This document shows positions 10,183 to 20,125 of a DNA stretch of 64,000 nt, piece after piece (within the stretch, counting starts at the first letter, position 1; every line of letters begins with the position of its first letter). The translations under genes were made by a program, and so were the position numbers. Source of the DNA: a bacterium (GTDB lineage Bacteria > Zhuqueibacterota > Zhuqueibacteria > Residuimicrobiales > Krinioviventaceae); the NCBI GenBank assembly GCA_963693055.1, contig OY843751.1:4704001-4768000 (forward strand), written 5' to 3'. The notes beneath the pieces were generated by a model, which had not been told where the DNA came from, ran no database searches, and was given only the letters and a program-made list of their open reading frames with translations.

Positions 10183-10953
10183 TCAGTACGTCAGCACCAA
10201 ACCCGTAGACAACCGGGTATCCATATCTTTGATATGGTCGGGTGGTTTCTTGTCATATCGCATTTTAAACGTGGTTACCAAAGACAACGGACCGGCAATT
10301 ACGACTTTAAAATTGGCTTCACTCAAAATACGGATATCATTCATATCCGTAAACATGGGTTGAAAATAGGTGGTCCAATGTCCCTGTAAACGGCTGTTGA
10401 AATTGATATTCATGGCAAAATAATTATTCCAGCGGGCAACTGTGGTTTCATCGGGATGAGTACTGCCCTTGGGCAAGTCGAGTTTTTCATATTCATACAT
10501 GTAGGATGTTCCGCACACAATGGAATTCTTTTCATTCTGGAAAATAGCAGCGCGCACACCTGCACCTGCCAGGCGTCTGTCATCCAATGAACGTGATTTG
10601 TTATAGTCCAGTTGGAAAAACGTTTCGGGCTGCCACCAGGCTTTAATTTCAAATATTTGCCGTAAATGCACCAGACCTTCATTAGAATACTGCAAATCTC
10701 CCTGCCAGCGCTGGTCACCTTCTATGATTATAAACGAGTCCATGCGTTTCCACTTGAAATCACTGCTGCTTGAAATATCCACTTCTTGCGCGTCAACATT
10801 CCCGGTCCTTGCGGAATAAGATACTTTCAAGTAACCATCCAGCCCCTCGTGCTGTCCTGCTTTGCGATATTTTTCTACATTGACCTGTGCGAAAACAATT
10901 CCTGTAACCAAAAGTAACATTCCAAAAACCAGTAAATGAAAATGCTTTTTCAT
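10183..10953 (-). CDS. DUF481-like outer-membrane beta-barrel protein
   Basis: Signal peptide, AQVNVEKYR, RTGNVD, alternating beta pattern, terminal aromatic residue (LVLTY); GAGGAG RBS. Confidence 0.7.
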   Translation of the reverse strand: MKKHFHLLVFGMLLLVTGIVFAQVNVEKYRKAGQHEGLDGYLKVSYSARTGNVDAQEVDISSSSDFKWKRMDSFIIIEGDQRWQGDLQYSNEGLVHLRQIFEIKAWWQPETFFQLDYNKSRSLDDRRLAGAGVRAAIFQNEKNSIVCGTSYMYEYEKLDLPKGSTHPDETTVARWNNYFAMNINFNSRLQGHWTTYFQPMFTDMNDIRILSEANFKVVIAGPLSLVTTFKMRYDKKPPDHIKDMDTRLSTGLVLTY

Positions 10954-10963
10954 ATTTTTCTCC

Positions 10964-11890
10964 TCAACTTGCATCCCATATTTCTAAAATATTTTCAAGG
11001 GCGCTACTGACACTCAACTGTTCCAGATCCAGCCAGTGTATCCGCTGATCTTTACGGAACCAGGTTAATTGTCGTTTTGCATATCTTCGTGAATTTCGTT
11101 TAATCAAACCGATCATTTCATCAAACTCTAATTTGCCTTCAAAATGATCAAAAACTTCCTGATACCCCACTGTTTTCAAAGCATTTAATTCAGGCCCCCA
11201 TCCTTTTTTTTCAAGATCGCGGACTTCATCAAGCAGTCCCTCCTGAATCATCAAATCCACCCGCAGGTTTATCCGGTCATACAACAGTTTGCGGTCTCTT
11301 TGCAAACCAATAAAAACAGGTTCAAACTCGCCTGGTGCTTCATCTCCTTTACGATATTCGGATATAGGTTTTCCAGTTAAATCATATACTTCAAGTGCCC
11401 GTACCACTCGCTGCATATCATTGGGGTGTAAACGTTCAGCGCTAACCGGATCAACCTTACGCAAAGCTTCCAAAACAGCTTCCTGCCCTTGCTCGCGTAT
11501 ACACTGCCGCCATTTTTCTTTGACATCAGGATCAGACATTTGGGGGGCAAACAGTCCATCTACCAGTGCCTGAATATAAAATCCTGACCCACCGGTAACA
11601 ATGGGGACGGCATTTCGCTCAAAAAGCGCTCTGACACATGCTCTGGCCTCACGCCCATATTCCCCTGCGCTGTAAAATTGATCAGGATCACGAATATCAA
11701 TAAAATGATGCGGAACACGCAACATCTCATCCCGTGCAGGTTTTGCAGTACCAATGGACATGTAGCGGTAGACCTGTCTGGAATCTGACGAAACCACTTC
11801 TCCACCCAATTGCTCGGCAAGTTGAAGGGAGAACTCTGTTTTGCCCACTGCAGTGGGACCCACCAATATAATTGCCTTACGTACGTTCAA
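10964..11890 (-). CDS. miaA: tRNA dimethylallyltransferase
   Basis: GPTAVGKT, DSRQVYR..SIGTAKP, GGSGFY, RVVRALEV, YAKRQLTWF; canonical mutL-miaA order; start codon uncertain. Confidence 0.95.
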   Translation of the reverse strand: MNVRKAIILVGPTAVGKTEFSLQLAEQLGGEVVSSDSRQVYRYMSIGTAKPARDEMLRVPHHFIDIRDPDQFYSAGEYGREARACVRALFERNAVPIVTGGSGFYIQALVDGLFAPQMSDPDVKEKWRQCIREQGQEAVLEALRKVDPVSAERLHPNDMQRVVRALEVYDLTGKPISEYRKGDEAPGEFEPVFIGLQRDRKLLYDRINLRVDLMIQEGLLDEVRDLEKKGWGPELNALKTVGYQEVFDHFEGKLEFDEMIGLIKRNSRRYAKRQLTWFRKDQRIHWLDLEQLSVSSALENILEIWDAS

Positions 11891-13688
11891 ACCGTTTATC
11901 CAATTCATCCAATGACAACGTAATCATGGTGGGTCTGCCATGCGGACAAAAATATGGCGTTTCGCAGGCAAACAACTGGTCCACCAACGCATTCATAGAT
12001 TCATCATTCAGGGTATCTCCGGTCATAATTGCAGACCGACAGGCAACGCTTTTGGCAACACGCTCTTGTATATCTACTTCTGTCCCCAGTTTCAACTTGT
12101 ACTCGTCCAGAATGCCTAGCAGCAGCTTGTTTTCCTGGCCTATACGCATACCCGAGGGCACACCTTCAAGCACAATGGTGCGACTACCAAATCCTTTGAT
12201 GATAAATCCTATTTTCTCTAAAAACGGCAAAATCTCCATCAAATACTCAAAGTCTTCAATAGATAAATCAATTGTCTGCGGAAACAACAACTGCTGAGAC
12301 GGAGATTCATGGTTCTGAAAATTATCTTTGACCCGCTCGTAAATAATTCGCTCATGCGCGGCATGCTGATCAATAATCACAAGTCCACTTTTGATTTGAG
12401 AAACAAGATATTTGTTGTGCAGCTGCCACAACATCTTGTTTTCTTCCTTGTACTTGTTAACAGACGGACTCTGTTGCGGTGTCAGGTTGTATCGGGCTCC
12501 CGGTTCACTTTCTACAGGCTCGGTATGATCATAATGGCTGTGTGTTTCCCGTGGAGGCGGATTCTCAAAATCAATTCGCGTTTGGGGTGTAGGGGTTTGG
12601 CGGATCTCATCCACCAAGGGTGATGCGAACCGTTTTGAAAAAGTAGACTTGCCGGGTGCTCTAAAATTTTGCATCATCTCTGGCACAATATCATCGGTTT
12701 TCATGGACCGTTTTATAGCTCCCCGAATCAACGTAAACAGCATCTGCTGATCTGCAAACTTTATTTCGCTTTTTGTGGGGTGCACATTTACATCAATCCG
12801 CTCGGGATCAATATCCAGAAACAACACATACAGCGGGAAACTGCCTTTGGGCAGCATTTCCCCTAGTCCGGCAATAATTGCAGCATTTATAGTACGATCA
12901 TTAATGAATCGCTTGTTCACAAACAGGAACTGATCATTTCGGGTTTTGCGTAATATATCAAAATTGCCAATAAATCCTTTAATATCCATGATAGGATTTT
13001 TATCCGTGATCTCTATCAAATTCTCACGAATTCTTCCACCCATAACATCGCCAATACGGTCTGCAAGATCAGACGGCTTGTAACTAAATACCTCGTTATC
13101 ATCATGAAAAAAATCAAAAGCAATATGAGGATATGACAAAACAAAGCGGTTAGCCATGGAAATAATATGCCGATATTCGGTAGAAGTTGCGCGGAGAAAT
13201 TTCCGCCGCGCGGGTGTATTGAAAAACAAATTCTTGACAGCTATAGAAGTGCCGGGGTTCCCACCGGTACGGTCCATTTTTACCACAGTACCGCCGTCAA
13301 TGTTGATCTGGGTACCTTCTATCTGACCTTCGGGCACGGTTTTCATTTCAAGCTGCGATACCGCCGCAATACTGGCAAGTGCTTCACCTCTGAAACCCAG
13401 GGTCAGAATGCGCTCCATATCCTCATAATCATGAATTTTAGAGGTTGCATGACGTTGAAAAGACATGATAGCATCTTTTTCTTCCATGCCGCAGCCATTG
13501 TCCACAATCTGGATCAAACCCTTGCCGCCCTCTTTGATGATTACGCTGATCTTGTCTGCACCGGCATCAATAGAATTCTCTACCAGTTCCTTTACAACTG
13601 AAGAGGGCCGGTCAATTACCTCACCGGCCGCTATTTTATTTACAAGATTTTCAGATAATACGCGTATTTTTATGTCACTCTCGCCCAC
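11877..13688 (-). CDS. mutL: DNA mismatch repair endonuclease MutL
   Basis: IAAGEVIDRP, KELVENSIDAG, HATSKI, GFRGEALAS, DVNVHPTK, DQHAAHER, ACR, CPHGRP. Confidence 0.97.
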   Translation of the reverse strand: MGESDIKIRVLSENLVNKIAAGEVIDRPSSVVKELVENSIDAGADKISVIIKEGGKGLIQIVDNGCGMEEKDAIMSFQRHATSKIHDYEDMERILTLGFRGEALASIAAVSQLEMKTVPEGQIEGTQINIDGGTVVKMDRTGGNPGTSIAVKNLFFNTPARRKFLRATSTEYRHIISMANRFVLSYPHIAFDFFHDDNEVFSYKPSDLADRIGDVMGGRIRENLIEITDKNPIMDIKGFIGNFDILRKTRNDQFLFVNKRFINDRTINAAIIAGLGEMLPKGSFPLYVLFLDIDPERIDVNVHPTKSEIKFADQQMLFTLIRGAIKRSMKTDDIVPEMMQNFRAPGKSTFSKRFASPLVDEIRQTPTPQTRIDFENPPPRETHSHYDHTEPVESEPGARYNLTPQQSPSVNKYKEENKMLWQLHNKYLVSQIKSGLVIIDQHAAHERIIYERVKDNFQNHESPSQQLLFPQTIDLSIEDFEYLMEILPFLEKIGFIIKGFGSRTIVLEGVPSGMRIGQENKLLLGILDEYKLKLGTEVDIQERVAKSVACRSAIMTGDTLNDESMNALVDQLFACETPYFCPHGRPTMITLSLDELDKRFERT

Positions 13689-13815
13689 GGTACTCCTTGT
13701 ATATTAAACTCGAATCAATAGTATACCGAATTTGAGAATGAATTTCAAGCAGATTATTTCAAAGGTGAAATTTCATTGGTAATATTATAAACCAGATTGC
13801 CTTGTATTTGCTCAA

Positions 13816-14105
13816 CTAGTCATTCATTAACCTTTTCAAATCCCGATAAAAATTCTCATATACCCCCAATGCAATAAAGGTGCGTTATACCTCATCCCAT
13901 ATATAAGCTAAAAGATACTGCTGCTTTGTGAGGTTGAATTTAAAGATCCAAACATTAACCAAATCCCCGCTTTTTTTGCTGACCAAGTTCAGGATTCTCA
14001 ATCAACATTTTAATTGCTTGATCTAATTCCTTGATTTGGTTCTTTTTTTAATTTCTTTTTCTGATTTTTAAATTGTCGGGTTTGATAAACTGTAATATCA
14101 CCCAA
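13816..14105 (-). pseudogene. Disrupted RelE/ParE-like toxin gene (not in ORF track)
   Basis: Manual translation gives ...IENPELGQQK/SGDLVNVWIFKF...YLLAY...*RTFIALGVYENFYRDLKR; needs two 1-nt frame corrections at A7 runs (14043-14049, 13971-13977) and has an in-frame TAA at 13885-13887. Confidence 0.8.
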
Positions 14106-14107
14106 AA

Positions 14108-14335
14108 TTATTCCCCATCCCCAAATACATAGGGAGTTATATCACCTTCATTTACATGTTCAATTCCAATCAATATATCTTTAATGAATGTAAATGGCAG
14201 GTCAGGGTTATCTTCAGCAATCTCTCCAATTGTGGCCCAGAATTCAATCTGACCAGCAACGGATCGTTTCATTGCTTTTGACCGGGTCCTTGCTTTATTC
14301 ACCAATTCATCCGAAATTCTTACTGCTGTAGGCAC
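14108..14335 (-). CDS. ParD-like antitoxin (75 aa)
   Basis: MPTAVRISDELV...RSVAGQIEFWA.IG.IAEDNPDLP; GTG start with AAGGA RBS; directly upstream of the toxin remnant. Confidence 0.8.
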   Translation of the reverse strand: MPTAVRISDELVNKARTRSKAMKRSVAGQIEFWATIGEIAEDNPDLPFTFIKDILIGIEHVNEGDITPYVFGDGE

Positions 14336-14443
14336 GATATCATTCCTTACACAAAATTTACAACCATACATTGCATTTTACAATTCAAAATTGCAAAATG
14401 CAATAATTAATATTATTCTGTTCCTAATCAATAAAATTTGATA

Positions 14444-15199
14444 CTATTTAAGCAATAATAATTTTCGCGTAAAGTTATATTCTGTGGATTGAAAACGGTA
14501 AAAATAAATCCCCGATGGCAAACCATGCATATCCAAATTAATATAATAGCTGCCAGAATTATAATACCGGTTCACGAGTGAAAGCACCAGTTCCCCATTT
14601 ATATTATAAAGCGCTAACAATACCCGCCCCGCCTGCGGTAAATCAAATTTTATTACCGTTTCATCATTAAAGGGATTGGGGAAATTCTGATACAACCTGA
14701 ATTCAGAAGGCGTTTGTATAAACGGATCATGAATACCGGTTTCAGGATCAAAAACCAACACTCCATTTTCCACTTGCACAAAATCAATACCTTGAGCCAG
14801 GGTATCGGCAAGAACTACCTCGGTTGTAAATCGCAATGTATCAGAGCCGGTAATTTGCCGGTTTACTGTTAACAGCAGATCTGCAAGCTTTTGAGCACCC
14901 ACGGGGATAAAACGCCCTTGTTCATGATAGATCAAAACCCGTTCACCATTGGTTAATGCAGAAAAATCCCAAAATGCATCTGCTAAAACCATGCTGTCAA
15001 TCCTTACGATAGCAGAATCATCCACCAACTCGAATTGAATACCTGCCACGACTTGATCGGTTTCCAGATAAACAGGAATGCTCAGAGAATCCGAACCCAT
15101 CTCACCCCTGGTACCAAAATATAACCGACTTGAGGGCAATGCCGTTATACTTGCAAACAGTAAAATTCCTGTCAATATATATGGTTTCAAACATTTCAT
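14444..15199 (-). CDS. Secreted protein: cohesin-like beta-sandwich + C-terminal sorting domain
   Basis: Signal peptide; IPVYLE....VAGIQFEL pattern; LYQNFPNPFN...GIYFYR tail. Confidence 0.6.
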   Translation of the reverse strand: MKCLKPYILTGILLFASITALPSSRLYFGTRGEMGSDSLSIPVYLETDQVVAGIQFELVDDSAIVRIDSMVLADAFWDFSALTNGERVLIYHEQGRFIPVGAQKLADLLLTVNRQITGSDTLRFTTEVVLADTLAQGIDFVQVENGVLVFDPETGIHDPFIQTPSEFRLYQNFPNPFNDETVIKFDLPQAGRVLLALYNINGELVLSLVNRYYNSGSYYINLDMHGLPSGIYFYRFQSTEYNFTRKLLLLK

Positions 15200-15200
15200 A

Positions 15201-17099
15201 CTATTGAATATAAACCATTTTTTTCAATTTATGAAAGCCATTTCCTGTCAGCTCGTATAAATACACACCTGATGGCACCTGTTTGCCATAACGGTCCCGA
15301 CCATCCCAGACTTTACGGTACGCGCCTGCTGCGTATTTCCCGTTAGCCAGGCGAATTACTTGCTGTCCCAGTGTATTGTATATAGCCAAAGACACCTCCC
15401 CCGCTTCTGCAAGCGTAAAGGAGATAACCGTATTCGAATTAAAAGGATTGGGATAATTGTCATACAGCTCCCAATTATTAATACTTTTCCCACCTTCACA
15501 CGTAATCGCAAGCGAAAAATCAATCTCTAAAGAGTCAACTGCCATAGGAGCACCTCTGGGCCAGGTCCCTTTTTTACCCATACTGTCTGTTGCTGAAATA
15601 TAATACTGGATAATTCCCGAATACTCGTTTCCCGGTATCTTTGCCTGGTATCTGTCAATGGGAATAATATATTCCATATTCAGTGAATCGAAAGCGCCGG
15701 ATTTGCCATAACGATAATAAACCTTGAACGATGCAGAATCCAATGCTACCGGATCGGTAATTAAAACAGGTGGATCAATAGAAGCAAGAACGGTATAATC
15801 ATCTGCCGGATGTTTAAATTTGCTATAGCTGTAATCCTTAATTTCCGGTTCTTCACCGGCAGCCCATGCCATAAACAGATTAGCACCCAGGTTTGTATAG
15901 CACATTAAATCAATTTCTGTAGTATCCGGCCAAAAGCCTCCCTGTGTGGCAAGGCCCACTTCGGGAGTAAATGCAAAGATACCATGTTCTCCATACAACC
16001 AGTCATCCGAACTACCATTTGCCAGATAGCCAAGCTTGTTGGTGACGCCATTGTCTGGTGTGTAACCGTTATATGCAACACAACTGTCATTCAATGCCAG
16101 AAAAGCAGAGTAATCCGGTTCTTCCGGATTCTCAGCCTTATAACCCCATGGAAAAAGCCACAAATCACCATAACTGTGATAAAAAAGACTGATCACAAAA
16201 TTATGGGCTTCCACAAATTCTTTTATGGCCCAGGTTTCGGGTTCCGAAAAAGGCGCTAATCCCCGGAAACTTTCACTGTTCATATTCGGACTCGAACCCA
16301 CATCATTGTATGCCCAAGAAAAACCAAAATTCCGGTTCAGGTCTACTCCGTCTTTATCCGAATTGAAAACCCCGTTGCCATCGTTATCGTGCATATTTTT
16401 ACGCCACAAGATAGGATTTGAGGTGCTGTAAATGCCCCCATAATCTCCGGTAAAAACATAATCCCTGCCATCCGGATTTATACACAAAATAAACCACAAT
16501 TCACGATTATTGATCAGGTGGGTTACATATGCATCCGAACCATACCCATTCAACAAATAATCGATGAACACAATCAATATCTCTGGGGTAATAATTTCTC
16601 TGGCGTGAATAGCTGCGGTATACAAGACATCCGCCTCGGTTGAATCATCAACCGAAACATCATCAGATATTTTCATTGCAAGAATATCAAAACCTTTATT
16701 ATAGGCGACTTTATTATAGCTGTCACCAATATCAAAAATCCGCACCAAATCAGGATAGGCATTTTCCAGCGAATCCATCAAGGCTTCAATCTGTTGTATA
16801 CTGTGAAAATGTTTAAAGTAATTGCTGTTACGCAATTCGTCATATAATCCATTCAGATCATTAATAACCGTGTCAAACGAGAATCCCATATTCTGCAATT
16901 CTTTTTGCTGTTCATGTGTCAAAATTGCTTCTACAGTACCGGATTCAGGCGAGATATGGGTAATATCCAGATCCATCTCGTACAATTGTTTAATATCATC
17001 CGAATTTTCGGTTTCAATTCTTAAAAGTGAAGATGCCGCATTATTGGCGGCATTAATTGTCATGGTTAAAAATACCAGACACATAATGATGTATTTCAT
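15201..17099 (-). CDS. M14 zinc carboxypeptidase (carboxypeptidase T-like) with C-terminal sorting domain
   Basis: HARE, NPDG, WRKN, GVDLNRN, FSEPET, HSYG, GSSDDW, FTPE; NYPNPFN tail. Confidence 0.88.
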   Translation of the reverse strand: MKYIIMCLVFLTMTINAANNAASSLLRIETENSDDIKQLYEMDLDITHISPESGTVEAILTHEQQKELQNMGFSFDTVINDLNGLYDELRNSNYFKHFHSIQQIEALMDSLENAYPDLVRIFDIGDSYNKVAYNKGFDILAMKISDDVSVDDSTEADVLYTAAIHAREIITPEILIVFIDYLLNGYGSDAYVTHLINNRELWFILCINPDGRDYVFTGDYGGIYSTSNPILWRKNMHDNDGNGVFNSDKDGVDLNRNFGFSWAYNDVGSSPNMNSESFRGLAPFSEPETWAIKEFVEAHNFVISLFYHSYGDLWLFPWGYKAENPEEPDYSAFLALNDSCVAYNGYTPDNGVTNKLGYLANGSSDDWLYGEHGIFAFTPEVGLATQGGFWPDTTEIDLMCYTNLGANLFMAWAAGEEPEIKDYSYSKFKHPADDYTVLASIDPPVLITDPVALDSASFKVYYRYGKSGAFDSLNMEYIIPIDRYQAKIPGNEYSGIIQYYISATDSMGKKGTWPRGAPMAVDSLEIDFSLAITCEGGKSINNWELYDNYPNPFNSNTVISFTLAEAGEVSLAIYNTLGQQVIRLANGKYAAGAYRKVWDGRDRYGKQVPSGVYLYELTGNGFHKLKKMVYIQ

Positions 17100-17752
17100 T
17101 TTTCTCCCTTGAATTGCTCCATCGCATACACAGACAGCAAGCGTACCTTGTTATAGTCATATACAAATTCAATCTGGATGATCTGGCTAATTCGTTCTAT
17201 TCGAGTAAATACCACAACCTCAGCCTGTTTTTCATCATATATAATCTGCCAATTAAAATCAGACGGCAGGTTTAAATCCGTGCCCTTTTGTCTGTAATGG
17301 GTCTCTATCTGTTTTAAATAATCTTTCGCCTGGATTTTCACCAAATCCGTAAAAGCACTCAGATCCTTATAATCGAGAATTGAATCTACTTTGACGGATT
17401 TGAACGGCAATGCTATATCGGGTTTAAACCGCAGCGTATCGGTAACAATAGTACCCGTAATTTTAATATATACCGATTTATCATATAGCAAAGAATCTGC
17501 CAATAATGCATACCCCATCGTACCGGGAGGTGTCCAGTTTGTGAGCATGGGTTGCCAGGTTCGATTTGAATAGCGGTATCCGTATACTCCGTATATTTTT
17601 TCAGGATCACCTGCATTTATCGAGTCAATAACCGAAACATATTTTAAAAATAAAGAACCAAACCGGGAAAGGTCATAGTTCACCCTTGGGCTGTTATTAC
17701 AACCGGTGATCATCAATAATGCTACAAATATAACAATTGAAATATAACGCAT
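17096..17752 (-). CDS. Hypothetical lipoprotein
   Basis: MRYISIVIFVALLMITG-C lipobox-type signal; ATGA overlap with the peptidase gene. Confidence 0.6.
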   Translation of the reverse strand: MRYISIVIFVALLMITGCNNSPRVNYDLSRFGSLFLKYVSVIDSINAGDPEKIYGVYGYRYSNRTWQPMLTNWTPPGTMGYALLADSLLYDKSVYIKITGTIVTDTLRFKPDIALPFKSVKVDSILDYKDLSAFTDLVKIQAKDYLKQIETHYRQKGTDLNLPSDFNWQIIYDEKQAEVVVFTRIERISQIIQIEFVYDYNKVRLLSVYAMEQFKGEK

Positions 17753-17754
17753 AT

Positions 17755-18645
17755 TTATTTTAGATGGATTTGCCATGACGATTTTAAATGATTGATCCAT
17801 ACATCAGGAGACTCTATGAACAATTTATTTCCGTCTGCGTGCGCAAGAGACTCTAATCTTGCTTTCTCCTGATCAATACTTTTTAACATATTTCTTATAG
17901 CAGAAACCGGGCCTGCATTTGGATTTTGCAGCAAAAACTGTTTCAATTCATATAAATCATGATCGATCCCCAAATACCCGGAAAGTATATGAAATTCTTC
18001 TGCCAGATCAGTCAAATCATCAGGCTGTTCAGAGGTCAAAATCAATAACTGATACCATAAATATTTCACATCTTTGCGCCATTCATGCATCAGCACATCA
18101 CTTTTCTCTTTAAATACAGTTTGCATATGATCTTGACCATTTTTATAGATTTTTTCTATTCCCTGCCAAAACAAGTCATCAGAATCCTCAATCTGCCAAT
18201 CCTTTGCACGTGTAGCAAGTATTTGCAGCTCTTTTATAATATGTTCTTTGACATTATTTTCCCGGAATAATCGGGTATGCTCTAGATAATTTTCATTCAA
18301 AGTTTGACGTACAGATTCCCAACCCGTTTTATCCTGTTCACTCAACGACTCAGACAAAACATCCAGTGTTTCCACAAGAATAAAGCTGTCCCTGTTGTCA
18401 GAAAGTAGCCTGCCTATATCCCGAAGTGCCAGATTCTCAAATCTATAAACATCATTACCAAGCTGAACCTGTAACAGCCTCAACATGGCTCTGCATTTTT
18501 TTACATTCGTACGTGTATTGTGGATGCGCTCATCAAGATTTACAGTCTCATCAGACAGCTCCCCACTCATAGATGAAAACAGTTCTGTTAGAATTCGTAC
18601 AACACCCCAGGACAAAGATTCAAAAGGTAACAGCGAAAATGCCAT
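17755..18645 (-). CDS. CHAD-domain protein (polyphosphate-binding family)
   Basis: IHNTRTNVKKCRAMLRL, LS..RD, MHEWRKDVKYLWYQ, LG..HDL. Confidence 0.82.
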   Translation of the reverse strand: MAFSLLPFESLSWGVVRILTELFSSMSGELSDETVNLDERIHNTRTNVKKCRAMLRLLQVQLGNDVYRFENLALRDIGRLLSDNRDSFILVETLDVLSESLSEQDKTGWESVRQTLNENYLEHTRLFRENNVKEHIIKELQILATRAKDWQIEDSDDLFWQGIEKIYKNGQDHMQTVFKEKSDVLMHEWRKDVKYLWYQLLILTSEQPDDLTDLAEEFHILSGYLGIDHDLYELKQFLLQNPNAGPVSAIRNMLKSIDQEKARLESLAHADGNKLFIESPDVWINHLKSSWQIHLK

Positions 18646-18716
18646 AGCTCACAGCTCGCATATAGTATGAATACGGTCCATTAAAAAATAACAGAGATCC
18701 CCCCCAGTGGACAGCT

Positions 18717-19493
18717 CTATTTTAATTTATTCACAACCTGTCTGGTGATCTGCTCAACCAGTTCAGGAGAAACATCGGTTACTGCATCATTAGCTTTTGC
18801 AGCGGTAGGTACCTGACAGCCATCGATCTCACAGGTTGGCGCATCGGGACGGATACCAAAGCGTTTACGAAGATCCATCAGTTCCTGCATTTTCTCACCC
18901 TTGATGGATTGAACATTACCCAATTGATGAGCCACAAACATGATCTTGGCAAAGTGCTCCATGGTTTCCATTTTAAAATGAGCATCTGTAATAGTTTTAC
19001 CAACGGTAATGGCGCCATGATTTTCTAATAGCACTGCGTCATATTGTTTCAAATATTTACTTACAACATCTGCCAGTTCCTGGGTACCAGGAGTAGCATA
19101 TTCAGCAATAGGAATAGAACCCACACTTACAATCACTTCCGGCAAAACACACTGAGTCAATGGAATGCCGGCAACCGCATAACCTGTAGCTGTTGGCGGA
19201 TGAGCATGCGCAACAGAATTAATATCAGGACGAGCTTTATAGATGGTTACATGCATCTTGGCTTCGGAAGACGCCTTGCGGGTTCCGGATACCTGATTAC
19301 CATTTTCATCTACAATTACCAGATCACTGGGAACCAGAAAGCCTTTACTCATTCCTGTGGGTGTCATTAAAAAATGTCCGTTATCCAATCTGCAGCTTAC
19401 ATTGCCATCGTTTGCGGCAACATAACCGCGATCATATATTCTGCGGCAGATATCAACCATTTCTTTTTTTAAACTGAATAATGAAGTAGCCAT
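18717..19493 (-). CDS. Class II aldolase (fuculose/rhamnulose-1-P aldolase-like), microcompartment-associated
   Basis: DGNVS, TPTG.SK, SSE.KMH, HAHP, LENHG; C-terminal amphipathic helix PELVEQITRQVVNKL resembling an encapsulation peptide. Confidence 0.85.
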   Translation of the reverse strand: MATSLFSLKKEMVDICRRIYDRGYVAANDGNVSCRLDNGHFLMTPTGMSKGFLVPSDLVIVDENGNQVSGTRKASSEAKMHVTIYKARPDINSVAHAHPPTATGYAVAGIPLTQCVLPEVIVSVGSIPIAEYATPGTQELADVVSKYLKQYDAVLLENHGAITVGKTITDAHFKMETMEHFAKIMFVAHQLGNVQSIKGEKMQELMDLRKRFGIRPDAPTCEIDGCQVPTAAKANDAVTDVSPELVEQITRQVVNKLK

Positions 19494-19509
19494 AACATCC
19501 TTCTCTTCT

Positions 19510-19788
19510 TTATAATTCAACATTCACATTTACTGTATCCACAACACCTACAATTATACTTCTTACCGGTGCCTGATTGATTCCCAGTATATCAGAGGCT
19601 GTTTTGCCTTCCCGGGAAACCATCACAATATCGCCAATACCGGCATCTACAGAATCAACCGCTACAGTTGTGTTTGTTTCTTCTTCACACAGCGGAGATA
19701 TATTCCGCAATAGCAACAATTTACACCCTTTATAGGCAGGATGATGAATTGTACTGGTTACATTACCAATTACTACAGCCAGTTCCAT
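19510..19788 (-). CDS. EutN/CcmL-family microcompartment vertex (BMC-P) protein
   Basis: MELAVVIGNVTST, AVDSVDAGIGD.V, IIVGVVD. Confidence 0.88.
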   Translation of the reverse strand: MELAVVIGNVTSTIHHPAYKGCKLLLLRNISPLCEEETNTTVAVDSVDAGIGDIVMVSREGKTASDILGINQAPVRSIIVGVVDTVNVNVEL

Positions 19789-19790
19789 CT

Positions 19791-20123
19791 CTATCCCCGC
19801 ACCTGTTTCAAATTCTGTTCTTTCCACTTTTTTAACCGGCTGTTTGTATACCGTTTATCTTTGGCAAAAGTATTATCCACAATACCCACAATAGACGCGT
19901 CAGAAGGGATCTTTTTTCCTTCCATTGCAAATGAAGCTTCGCGGGAACTGACCCAGTATACCAGGTCATCTTCTCTTGAACCAACCGTATCTGCCGCCAG
20001 AATGGGTTTACCCATTGCTTCTTTTTTTTCATTCACTGGCTGTAAAATATACAATTTTACGCCTGTGAGTTGCGGGTCTTTGTGTGTGGCCCATACTCTG
20101 CCCACAATTATTCCAAGTTTCAT
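19791..20123 (-). CDS. EutN/CcmL-family microcompartment vertex (BMC-P) protein
   Basis: MKLGIIVGRVWATHK, AADTVG, DASIVGIVD; basic C-terminal extension. Confidence 0.88.
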   Translation of the reverse strand: MKLGIIVGRVWATHKDPQLTGVKLYILQPVNEKKEAMGKPILAADTVGSREDDLVYWVSSREASFAMEGKKIPSDASIVGIVDNTFAKDKRYTNSRLKKWKEQNLKQVRG

Positions 20124-20125
20124 AA

